From an uncultured Nitrospiraceae bacterium (GTDB taxonomy: Bacteria > Nitrospirota > Thermodesulfovibrionia > Thermodesulfovibrionales > UBA6898), in contig CAWEQH010000004.1 in the NCBI GenBank assembly GCA_963811165.1, forward strand, positions 64,001 to 128,000: a stretch of DNA of 64,000 nt, read 5' to 3'. How positions within the stretch are numbered: position 1 is the first letter of the stretch; the number at the start of each line of letters is the position of its first letter. The notes beneath the pieces were generated by a model. That model worked only from the letters and a program-made list of their open reading frames with translations, was not told the DNA's origin and did not search any database. The translations under genes and the position numbers were made by a program. Shown here piece after piece: positions 50,633-60,309 of the stretch.

Positions 50633-51232
50633 TTTGTCTTCCTGGCCTGAGTTCGGACTTTATAGAGTCTTTCCGTAAAGCCGCCCTCTTCGACAAACTG
50701 TTGTTCAAGCTTCCGAAGCTGCCGCCCAAGGAGATAGCTCGCCTGGTTGATCAGACAGATAAGCGTGTTTGCCGAAACTTCAGGGGAAGCTGTCTTCAAA
50801 GAATAGGGGTCCGACGTGTCAGACGCCTGCGCCCGGTCCGACTGCTTGTCCGACTCGTCAGATGAATACTTTTTCCTGACTGCAAGGGCCTCGGGCGAAT
50901 CCTTCGCCCAGAGGCGAAGGCCCTTCCGTCGAAGAAAGGCCTGATAATCGAGCAGCAGTTCTTCCAGACTTGCACGGGCAACCCCGGTCAGCTTGAGTTC
51001 TGTTTTTTTCGAGGTTGCCGAGCGCCATGCTGCCTTCGGCGATGTTCTGCACACCGCTTCGAGCCGCTTGCACCATCTGGTCGTGCGTGCGCGACCGCTT
51101 GTCGATGAACCGGTCGCAAAATGCGACCGTAGCGTCATAGACGAGTTCAGCCGTCTGGTAGGAGCGCAATTTGCGGTATCCTCCATGCCGGGGGATGAGA
51201 GTCGGTATTGGATTTTCGTTCTTATCGTTCAT
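50629..51232 (-). CDS. Four-helix-bundle protein (bAvd/IVP-like), frameshift near 51020
   Basis: HGGYRKL, DQMVQAARSGVQNIAEG | TELKLTGVARASLEELLLDY, EGGFTERLY; internal SD-type 9-bp repeats. Confidence 0.88.
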
Positions 51233-51262
51233 GGCCTGTCCGTAGTATATATAATTTGCGAA

Positions 51263-51336
51263 AGCTGTTCGACATAGTCGCCGTAGCTCATGCTGTCGTC
51301 GCGGAGGACGTTACAGTAGTTCCAGAGTTTTTGGAC
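51263..51336 (-). pseudogene. Diverged duplicate of the hsdM 5' end
   Basis: 74 bp encoding VQKLWNYCNVLRDDSMSYGDYVEQL, aligns with 50532-50605. Confidence 0.88.
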
Positions 51337-51365
51337 ATGGTGCAGGTGTCTTTTATATCCTTTTT

Positions 51366-52031
51366 TCAACGCCGTCGGTATAGCTGGTTTATTATCTCCG
51401 AAACTAACTCAATAGTTCCTAGAACTTGATCATGTAACAGTATAGCCCCATGAGCATAATGATTCCTTATTTCTGGTAGAGTTTCCAACAATATTTTCGC
51501 ATAATGAATGTTTCTATCCACATCAGTTATTTGCACCTTCGAATAATCCAGTTCTATACTTTTTAATCCTTTTTCCATCATCTCTTGAATTTTTTCTCCA
51601 GAATAGCGCGCCATCGCTCTTCTTTCGACAACCTCATGCCATCTCTGAAAGCCATCATTTTTGATATCACCTTTATCTATGGCGTATTTCAATAAAAACT
51701 TCAACCCTGGTTTCTTAGACAGTTCCTTTTCATACCGCGTGCGAAGTGCTAATTCCAGACATGTAAACGCGTGGTGTTCAGCTACGGGATAAAATCTGTA
51801 AATAAACCATGCGTAAAGACATAAGTTCTTTGCTGTTTCAAATTGCACAGCTATATCTTCTGGCACGCTGGCATGAAGTTCTATTTGCGAGATTGCTTTG
51901 TAATGATCAGTAATGTCATAGGGGCGATCGTTTTGATCGAAAACAACATAAACTGCATTCCGTGGGTCAGGCTCAAAAATATATTCTAAAGATCGTAGAG
52001 ATTCCGGATTAAATTTTTTGGCATGATTCAT
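51366..52031 (-). CDS. HEPN-motif protein (putative RNase) inside the R-M operon
   Basis: LELALR helix, L..LL..A...G.I, and RNHYAH (Rx4H) near the C-terminus; AT-rich. Confidence 0.7.
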   Translation of the reverse strand: MNHAKKFNPESLRSLEYIFEPDPRNAVYVVFDQNDRPYDITDHYKAISQIELHASVPEDIAVQFETAKNLCLYAWFIYRFYPVAEHHAFTCLELALRTRYEKELSKKPGLKFLLKYAIDKGDIKNDGFQRWHEVVERRAMARYSGEKIQEMMEKGLKSIELDYSKVQITDVDRNIHYAKILLETLPEIRNHYAHGAILLHDQVLGTIELVSEIINQLYRRR

Positions 52032-53407
52032 TTATGACCTCAATTTCCCTGAAAATGCTTGTTTCAAAATCGACTGCCGCAGGCGTTCAGCGCGGTTGAG
52101 ATTGGTTTCAACTGTTGCTTCAATTTCTGCGGCGACAGAACGGCATCTGTCTACTTCTTCAGTGATCTTATCTTGTTCGGCATAAGGCGGCAACGGCACG
52201 ATGAGGGCTTGAAGCTTTGTACCATTAACATTTGCTTGCCCCACCTGTTGCGAGACAACAGTCTTAATCCAGTTTCTGCCATGAATTGAATTCATGAAAA
52301 AGCTTACGAATTGTGGAATGGTACCATTAGTGAATTGCACTCTTATCAGATAAGAGGCAAAGGAGCATGTAGCAGGTTTGCCTGTATAGACTGTCGTTTT
52401 TCCAACGAGTTCTGGACTGTTAGTCCGATTAAACAAAAGGTCGCCCTTTCTTAGCAAGAGTTCGGGAAACTCAGAATGTTCTCGCGGTAAATATTTGAGA
52501 TCATCTAATTTCAGCTGGCCCTCAGAGATATTGCCCATTCTTATGACGGGTACACCATCTCGGTTCTCGTTTGTCTTGGCCGATGAACCATATTGAACCT
52601 TTTCAGAAAGCTGCGCAATTGTCGCCCACACCCACCCCTCCGGCAATTCTGGCAAGTTTGACGTGTCAGGCGCAACAGGCTCTTTGTATTTCTTGCCCTG
52701 GATTCTTTTCTTCCCATTTCTTCTTCCGTTCGGCGAGGATGCGCTTTAATAATTCACTCCCTGTTTCGACATTCGGATGGGCCTTCCGCCATTCTTCGGT
52801 CAACTTCCCTTCGACCGCGGCTTTGAGAACAGCGGCTTTGTAGCGTTTGAGATTAGCCTTGATGCGCTTGAGCCCGGCAACCGCCTCGTCCAGCCGGGAG
52901 AATTGTTTTTCGATTTCGGAGACGATCGTACGCTGCTCATCCAGTGGCAGGCTTGGGAAGGTCCGAATTCTCGAACTTGCCCTTCGTAATATGAGCGAGG
53001 CCCGCCCCACCGTGTGCTTGTGATATGTATTCATCCAGGTTTTGATTAATGGCAAGCTGAAGAAATCTCTTATCGAAATCACTGTCGTCAAAAATAACTT
53101 TGAAAATGTGCTGGTTAAGCCAAGCCTTTTTCCCTCGCCAAATGTGAGCACCGAAGGAGGTGCCAGGAGTGCCTGACCACGCAAAAAGAAGATCCCCTGT
53201 ATTGAGCAGGAATTTCTCCGGCAAGTCACCATCGTAATAATTGAACGGTGCGTTTGAATTATTCAGATTCTGAATCCTGACGATTGGGATACCGGATTCT
53301 TTCCATTCAGACGGTTTAAACGCCCTGCCATTTATCAAAGTGAGCGCATCACCAAGCCGCACCTTTTTCCATTCGGCAGAAGGCTGTATCGGAGCAGTCA
53401 CCTTCAT
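52032..53407 (-). CDS. hsdS: Type I R-M specificity subunit, two frameshifts (~52945, ~52698)
   Basis: Two TRDs, each followed by conserved PLDEQ/PPYAEQ helices; LPEGWVW; LRQSILKQAFSGKL. Confidence 0.92.
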
Positions 53408-56262
53408 GCCGCCAGCACCCCATTCAACTCTTCAATAATCTTATTCAACTCATCCCCAAAAACCTGATGCACTTTCCCCAATCCTCCCTGCTGTGCAAAC
53501 GGCGCATAATCGAAATCATTTGCCTCTATGCTCAGGTTGGCTGCGATATGGTCGCGGATCATTTCGAGCCAGCGGCGTTGCTCGGGCGTAAAAGGCTCTG
53601 GATTCCCGCCTTCGCGGGAATGACGGATTGTTTCGGCCATCCACTTTTCGAAATTAGAATTAACCCGCTCGGGAAACGGCACCAGTTCATTGTCCTGATG
53701 AATGGCAAAGCGGACAAGCGATACCAAATCCGTGAGAATATGCGGGGCGCTTGCGCCTTTGACTTTCGACTTCTCCAAAGCGGCATAAGCCTCCCAGAGC
53801 CGGTCTATCTTCCATAAATAGGGCGGCTTTTCGATGAGCTGGGCAAGGGCCTTAATCTCTTCAAAACGAAGCCTTGCCTTGTAGGGCCTGCTATAAAGTA
53901 TCTGCAGGGCGGTGATCTCGTCCTTATGGTCCTTTATGAACTGTTCAAAGGAAGTGACCGTCTTCTTCGCGTTCTCCAAAGCCTCGGCGCTGAAAGCCTG
54001 AGACAAGGACTTCATCCTTGCTGACAACATCAATCGTCTGCTCGGTGGTTTTATAAAGCTCGACCAATCTCTTTCGAAGCTCCGGCGTGTGAAGGGGCTT
54101 TACGGATGTTTGTATGATCTTTGTAGCAGCCTTTTTGATCTGCTCAACGGAAGGCTCGGTAACGCCAGGATTATCCTTCTTCGCCTGCTCAATATGCCTG
54201 TCGGGATCGATCGCCTGAACAAGATCGCCTGTGAGTTCCTTGAGGCTCTTGCCTCCTGCCAGCTTCTGCACCTCTGTCTTTTCCTCAGGCCCGATCTTCT
54301 TCTCCAGCCGCGCCAAGTCGCGCAGCAATCGAAGAGATGACCTCCGGCTCCGTATTCCCTAGCGCAACGGCCTGGAGGAGCTGCTCCAAAGAAACCGAGC
54401 GCTTCTTTTCCATCGGCCGCGAGTCTGTCTTGTCCTGTTCGCAAACGCCCACGGCATCGACAATAACAAAATGATCTTTCTCCTTCGCATCCGGCGTGAC
54501 TGACTGAAGATCATTCGGATTGATCACCCGCACACCGCGGCCTTTCATCTGCTCGAAGAAGGAGCGGGACTTTATCGTCCGCATAAAAAAGACGATTTCA
54601 AGCGGCTTGATGTCCGTGCCTGTGGCGATCATATCAACGGTGACGGCGATCCTCGGGATAATAGCTGTTTCGGAATTCGGCTATCAGGTACTCCGGCGAT
54701 ATGCCGGTTGTCTTATAGGTGATCTTCTGGCAGAAGTCATTGCCCTTAGCGAACTCTTCCCTTACGATCTTGACGATGTCCTCTGCATGGGAATCATCTT
54801 TTGCGAAGATGAGCGTCTTGGGGACATCCTTTCGGCCCGGAAATATTTCGGTAAAGAGCTTGTCTCGGAATGTCTTAACTACGGTTCGGATCTGGTCCAG
54901 TGCAACTACATCGGCATCGAGCTGGTTAGGCGCATAGGCAAGCTCTTCGTCCAGCTGCTCCCAGCGCACAGCGCGAGTCTCGCGGTCGCGCTTATCCACA
55001 TAATAGCCGGCATCGACCTTCGAGCCTTCCTGGGTGATTTTGGTCCGTATCTGGTAGACGTCATAGTTCACATTCACGCCGTCGGCAACGGCCTGTTCAT
55101 GAGGGTATTCCATCACGAGATTTTGGTTAAAAAAGCCGAAGGTCTGCTTGTTCGGCGTTGCGGTAAGGCCGATAAGAAAGGCATCGAAATAGTCGAGCAC
55201 CTGCCGCCAGAGGCCGTAGATCGAGCGGTGGCATTCGTCGGTGATGATCACGTCAAAGGTCTCTATGGGAATAGCCGGATTATATTCAATGGGCATCGGT
55301 TCCTTGAAGAGGTCTGAATGATCGAAGAGGGACTCTTCTTCAAGCTCCTCGCTGATCTCTTCTCCCCTTAAGATCGAATAGAGCCGCTGTATCGTCGAGA
55401 TGCAGACGCGGGCGGTCTGGTCTATCTTGTTCGATTTCAGCTGCTGGACTATGTATTCTTCTGTAAACTTGTATGGACTGTAGGGCGAAACATACTGCTG
55501 GAATTCCTTGAGAGTCTGTCTGCCGAGGTTTGCCCGGTCCACAAGGAAGAGCGCCTTTCCCACACCTCCATACTTGATCATGCGGTAAATCGCGGTTACT
55601 GCGGTGAAGGTCTTGCCGCTTCCCGTTGCCATCTGGATAAGGGCGCGAGGCCGGTTTTCTGACAAGGACTTTTCGAGGTTCCTTATCGCCTCGATCTGCG
55701 CAGGCCAGAGGCCTTCTTCCTTTAATGTGGGCATATGCCGCAACCTGGAACGTAAGGTCATGGCTTCGTTAAAGACTGTCTGAGATTCGGCTGCCTGATC
55801 TAGTAAGGGCAATTCATGAATTGCCCCTACATCTGCGTCGTCGTTCAGCCACTCTTCGAGTGTCTCGGGCTTATGAAAAGAAAAGACATTGCGGGAGCAA
55901 GGCTCGGGATCGAGACCGTTCGTGAAACGGGTTTCGACGCCGGTCGATTGATAACAAAAGGGGAGGGGCCGATACCAGGCCGGAAATATGTCCGGGAAGC
56001 CATGCTTGTATTTGTCCGATTGAATCTCGACGCCGGTCAATGTTGTGCCGACCTTCTTTGCTTCGATTACCCCCGCGGCTTTTCCGTCGATATAGAAGAG
56101 GTAATCGGCGAACCCATGGCCTTTATTCAACGGATAATTCCGGATGATAACCCCGCGGGCCGCATGTATATTGGCATCTTTGAAATCGCAGACATGCCAA
56201 CCAGCCTGCGTTAACATATTGTCTATCTGCTCGCGCGCTTTGTCTTCAGGCGTCGGACTCAT
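53404..56262 (-). CDS. hsdR: Type I R-M restriction subunit (EcoEI-like), three frameshifts (~54655, ~54315, ~53995)
   Basis: ADY...IEAK nuclease, MATGSGKT, DECHRS, GLTATP, TGTDIK, QMKGRG, C-terminal FTPEQ..WL..IRDHI. Confidence 0.93.
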
Positions 56263-56473
56263 ATCCTTTTAAAAGGCTTACGGACAACTGGACTATCCCC
56301 ATAAAATAATATTTAAAAATAAGCATCTTATCGAACTGCCGCTATTGTATCATAACAGCCGTGAATCGTGAATAGTTAGCGGCATAGAGAACATGAAAAC
56401 CGCCGTGAAGCGTGAATGGGTCAACTACGGTGAATAGTGAAAAATAAATAGAGAATAGTAAAAAGGGGCAATG

Positions 56474-56674
56474 TTAAAAATGAAGAGGTGAAATGTCCTC
56501 ATCACTGCGGACAAAAGAAAGACATGCCTCGCAGTGATACACTCGTGCGGTAACTATTTCCTCACTCCCATCCGGACCATTAATAAACCTCACGGTGATG
56601 GATACGTTCAGGTTGGTGACGGCCCTGCAGTGAGGGCAATACGCTGTTTGCTTCTCGGTTATACACTGCTTCAT
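56474..56674 (-). CDS. Small zinc-ribbon protein
   Basis: YCPHC...YHCEAC; SD aaggag. Confidence 0.6.
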   Translation of the reverse strand: MKQCITEKQTAYCPHCRAVTNLNVSITVRFINGPDGSEEIVTARVYHCEACLSFVRSDEDISPLHF

Positions 56675-56698
56675 CTCCTTCTCCCCCCCCGGCTCCGC

Positions 56699-57091
56699 TT
56701 ACTTCCACATCTTCTCGTCTATCTTCTCAAAGTCCTTAACATTCTTCTGGAACTCAGCGAGGTCTTTTTTGTTCCATGTGCCTGCCAGATGGTCGAGGCG
56801 ATGGACGCGCTTCTCTATCTCGGGCCCGACCGTGCGCCGGGCAACACGAAGCTCGTAATCCGCCTGCAGGCCCATCCAGACCTCCGGCGACGTGCCGAAG
56901 TACCTGCCGAGCCGCATAGCCGTGTCGGCGGTTATAGCCCGCTTGCCGTTGACGATGGCGCTGATGCGGCCTGGGGGTACGGCGATGTCGCGCGAGAGCC
57001 TGTTGATACTGATCCCCATCGGCTTCATAAATTCCTCAAGGAGGATCTCCCCTGGGTGAATAAGTTCAAGAAGCTTTTGTTTTGAAGTCAT
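56699..57091 (-). CDS. higA: HigA family antitoxin with an extra C-terminal tail
   Basis: IHPGEILLEEFM, RAITADTAMRL, WMGLQADYEL. Confidence 0.9.
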   Translation of the reverse strand: MTSKQKLLELIHPGEILLEEFMKPMGISINRLSRDIAVPPGRISAIVNGKRAITADTAMRLGRYFGTSPEVWMGLQADYELRVARRTVGPEIEKRVHRLDHLAGTWNKKDLAEFQKNVKDFEKIDEKMWK

Positions 57092-57100
57092 AGCACACCT

Positions 57101-57220
57101 CTAATGATAGTCGGTTATTTCAACGTCATAGGCGTCTCCGTCTTTCCAGCCAAAGCAGATTCGCCACTGATCGTTAATCCTTATACTATATTGATCCTTG
57201 CGATCGCCCTTCAGGGCCTC
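57101..57220 (-). pseudogene. higB: HigB toxin C-terminal remnant
   Basis: EALKGDRKDQYSIRINDQWRICFGWKDGDAYDVEITDYH*; 5' half absent, replaced by the upstream gene. Confidence 0.88.
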
Positions 57221-57224
57221 GTTT

Positions 57225-57647
57225 TTACTCTTTGGCTTTTGCGATAAACCAGGTGAATGTGCCTTCGAAGGTGATGTTGTCCTCTTCGTCCACGATCTTC
57301 ACCACGACGTCCACAAGGGTCCGTCCCTTCTCAGAGAGTTCTTTCTTTGCCTTCACGGCCTTCTCTTCGTCAATAAAGCCTGCTGAAAAGAGTCTTCCCT
57401 TTGCCGGGTTTTTATATTTGACTTCAACCCTCCTTACCACGGGGAAATACGCTCCGTTCCAGTCGCCGAAGTTTCTTTCAAGGATCTCCCCGCTTGAGGC
57501 CTCGGCCAGCGCATATTGAGCAGACGCATGGATGGTGCCTAAATGATTCTGATAACTTACACGGTCTTCAAGCATAAGAATCGTGCCGGGCAGATCCGAC
57601 TTCTCTATCAATAGGATCTTATTAAAAGGCAGGTCCAAAACATTCAT
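57225..57647 (-). CDS. Hotdog-fold thioesterase (YiiD/DUF4442-like)
   Basis: NHLGTIHASAQYALAEASSG, VKYKNPAKG. Confidence 0.85.
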   Translation of the reverse strand: MNVLDLPFNKILLIEKSDLPGTILMLEDRVSYQNHLGTIHASAQYALAEASSGEILERNFGDWNGAYFPVVRRVEVKYKNPAKGRLFSAGFIDEEKAVKAKKELSEKGRTLVDVVVKIVDEEDNITFEGTFTWFIAKAKE

Positions 57648-57766
57648 CCGGTAATAATAGCAAGTCAGGAGTAGCCTTTACAAGGACTGTAAACGCAATT
57701 AGTGGTCAGGACCTCTCAGACTCCAAAGAGCGGCGTAATGTATCCTATCCCTAAACCGGCTTTACT

Positions 57767-57994
57767 CTAAATGCATGAACTGACAATGGGCAGATCGGCT
57801 GCAGCAATAACTTCCGCCTTGCAATCCAGTCGCCACAGGCAATTCATCTGGTTGCAATCATTCACATGCATCGTTGCAAAACAATCGGAATTACCTTCCG
57901 CCCTTTGAATAGCCCTGATCAACTCCGTCCTGCTCATGGTGCCGGGTGTGACACCCTTTTCTTTCGCTATCTCTTTAATCTTCTTCATTTGCAT
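57767..57994 (-). CDS. Small SAP/Rho-N-like protein with Cys cluster
   Basis: IKEIAKEKG...ELIRAIQRAEGNSDCF...CNQMNCLWRLDC; SD aggagg. Confidence 0.8.
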   Translation of the reverse strand: MQMKKIKEIAKEKGVTPGTMSRTELIRAIQRAEGNSDCFATMHVNDCNQMNCLWRLDCKAEVIAAADLPIVSSCI

Positions 57995-58090
57995 GCGGAA
58001 ACCTCCTGCAAAGATTTCGGGAAAGGGACCGGCAAAGGCCGGCCCTTTCAACAGACAAATTCTATCACGGAAAAAGGCAAGGAGCTACTC

Positions 58091-58688
58091 GTGCGGAGTT
58101 TCACCCCACACTCGGAAAAAGGGGCTCTGCCCCTTGTACCCCGGGCGCTTTTCATTAATGCGAATGAAAAGTGCCCAAAAGTACGCACCCCAGCTAAAAT
58201 TCTTAACGGTTTCCTCGTGTCGTCCTCACTAAATTTTAGAAACTCGCTCCGGAAACCGGAGCTCAAACAGTCTAAAATTCTTTACGCTCGGACTCGGTCG
58301 GAAACCTAAATTTTAGAAGGGGCCCCGAATACGTGAAAAGTTAAACGTGAATCGTGAATAACTCGGCGACAAAGCACTCAGCTATCAGCGCTCTGCTGTG
58401 TAATCCCCCCTTCGAAAATTTAGGCGAGCACGGACGCCCGCAGGGTGAAAGATTTTAGGCTGTCTGAGCCGAAGGCGAGTTCCTAAAATCTACCGAGGAC
58501 GGCCAGCACAGCCGTATAAAATTTTCGCCGGGGTGCGATTCTTTCCGTTAGCTTTCTTGGGCATGAAGAAAGGTAACTGGGGTTCGGGGCTACGCCCCGT
58601 TTTTACATTTTCTAAACGAGAATCTATTGGTGCGGAGTTTCGCTCCGGGTGGCCTGCTAAGCTGAATTTTCAAAGGGCCCCGAATACG
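58091..58688. repeat. Cluster of family A repeats: full + copy (58091-58333), full - copy (58405-58600), internally deleted copy (58630-58688)
   Basis: Shared modules with 41001, 41679, 44280 and 45492; termini gtgcggagtttc and gggccccgaatacg occur twice. Confidence 0.85.
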
Positions 58689-58752
58689 GGAATGGGTTAT
58701 CTGCCGTCAATCGTGAACGGTTTTGGTATAATTCGGTAATAAGGGAGGGCGT

Positions 58753-59127
58753 ATGGTTTTCGACCATGTTGGAATAATGAACGAAGACGAGGCCGGGGCG
58801 GTTAAATTCTACCGGGGCCTTCTCGGCCTCGAAAAGATAAAGGAATCCTCGGTCTCACCCGAACTCGCACGCCAGCTCTTCGGCTTCGACCGGGAGATAA
58901 GGATGCTCGTCTTTGCTGATGAAGGACTTAAGATCGAGATATTCATCGTCCCCGGCTTTACCCTGCCTTTGCCTCCGGTGCCTCATTTTTGTATCCAAAT
59001 GCCGGAGCTTCCCGGGTTTTTAGAAAAGGCCAAAGAAGCGGGGGTGAGGGTGATAACCGCAGAGCGCGGCGGCAGGACCGTCTATTTTGTAGAGGATTTT
59101 TCAGGCAACCGCATCGAAGTCAAGTAG
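58753..59127 (+). CDS. VOC/glyoxalase family protein
   Basis: FDHVGI, FYRGLLGL, IEIF, HFCI, DFSGNRIEV. Confidence 0.9.
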   Translation: MVFDHVGIMNEDEAGAVKFYRGLLGLEKIKESSVSPELARQLFGFDREIRMLVFADEGLKIEIFIVPGFTLPLPPVPHFCIQMPELPGFLEKAKEAGVRVITAERGGRTVYFVEDFSGNRIEVK

Positions 59128-59249
59128 CAGTGGCCTCACGGGAAAGAGAAAGAAGGGTTGGCGGCCGCCAGAGAGGAGAGGGCGCCTTTTTAGAATGCAG
59201 GGAAGCCTTGTTCCATTACTATTATGGGCAGGTCTTGCCGTATAAAACT

Positions 59250-60143
59250 TTACGGGCAGGTCTTTCCGATTAAGAGAGAACATTTCGAATACATCAGGAT
59301 GTTTCTCGATACACTTCCAAGCATCCCTTTCATCCCTTTTAACCCTCTACATCCCACTACGATGATATCTGTTTTCAATTCTTCCGCCATCGAGAGGATC
59401 TCCGCCGAAGGATCTCCCAGCCGCGTAATTCCCTGTACATGGAGGAATCTTCTGTTCAAAGTAAGCAGGGCCGGTTTCAGGACCTTCTCCGATGCTTCAA
59501 ATTCAGAAGTTCTTGTCCTGGCCATCTCTTCCCTGAGCTTTTCATCTATTTCAAGGGAGAGCCTTTGGGGTATATCAGATGCCGCCGACCATATGACATT
59601 GACGACCGTCATTTCCGAACCCTCCTGAAACGGCAGGGCGGCCAACAATTTTCCGGCGGCGCCGGCATGTTCGGACCCATCGGTTGCAAAAAGGAGTTTC
59701 AACTTCGCCGAGGCCTTAAACTGGGTCGGTTTTATCACGAGTACCGGCTTTGAAGAATCGATGGCAACTGACCGTGTCACGCTTCCGATGATGAGTTGTC
59801 TGATCCCTTTTAAGCCCCGTGCACCCATGACGATCAGGTCGCAGCCGGAAGTGTTTGACGCTTCGATGATGGATCTGTCAGGGTATCCCTCCATCAATGC
59901 CGTGCTGATTTTGGCCGGCAGGGGTTTAAGGATATTTACCGCCGACTCAAGGACCTTCGGGGCGATATCCTGTTTTATGCGGAATAGTCGGGGATAGGAA
60001 GGTTCTATATCCCCGGCGAAAGGGACCAGGCTTACGACATGTAAGACGGAGACTTCATCGGCTGGGGTGAATGCAAGATTTGTCAGAAACCGCGCTGCGC
60101 CTTCGGAGTAGTCCGAACCATCGGTAGGAAGTAACATTTTCAT
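59250..60143 (-). CDS. Tandem universal stress protein
   Basis: Two USP domains (PTDGS...DLIVMGARG...GSVT; ATDGS...IVVGCRG...GSVS). Confidence 0.93.
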   Translation of the reverse strand: MKMLLPTDGSDYSEGAARFLTNLAFTPADEVSVLHVVSLVPFAGDIEPSYPRLFRIKQDIAPKVLESAVNILKPLPAKISTALMEGYPDRSIIEASNTSGCDLIVMGARGLKGIRQLIIGSVTRSVAIDSSKPVLVIKPTQFKASAKLKLLFATDGSEHAGAAGKLLAALPFQEGSEMTVVNVIWSAASDIPQRLSLEIDEKLREEMARTRTSEFEASEKVLKPALLTLNRRFLHVQGITRLGDPSAEILSMAEELKTDIIVVGCRGLKGMKGMLGSVSRNILMYSKCSLLIGKTCP

Positions 60144-60309
60144 TGCTGTATTCTCCTTCCATCTCTTGATCATATTGTATCGCCCAATAGGGTCTGGGGG
60201 AAGGAGAGGGGTCCTCCGCTCTATTTAGAGACAGGATAAAGGGAGGCGGGTATCACCCGGCGCCCGAATGCGGGCGCCGGGTGGGAATGAACGCTAATAA
60301 CGGTTGGGC

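Noticed and set aside
50629..51232. Diversity-generating retroelement suggested by the Avd-like four-helix bundle and a nearby diverged repeat
   Set aside because: No reverse transcriptase in the window, and repeat differences are mostly synonymous third-position changes, not adenine-specific
58021..58049. Riboswitch in the leader of the SAP-like gene
   Set aside because: Only a single GC-rich hairpin; no recognisable aptamer consensus
40973..58688. CRISPR array
   Set aside because: Repeats are long, dispersed and in both orientations, with no regular repeat-spacer period and no cas genes in the window
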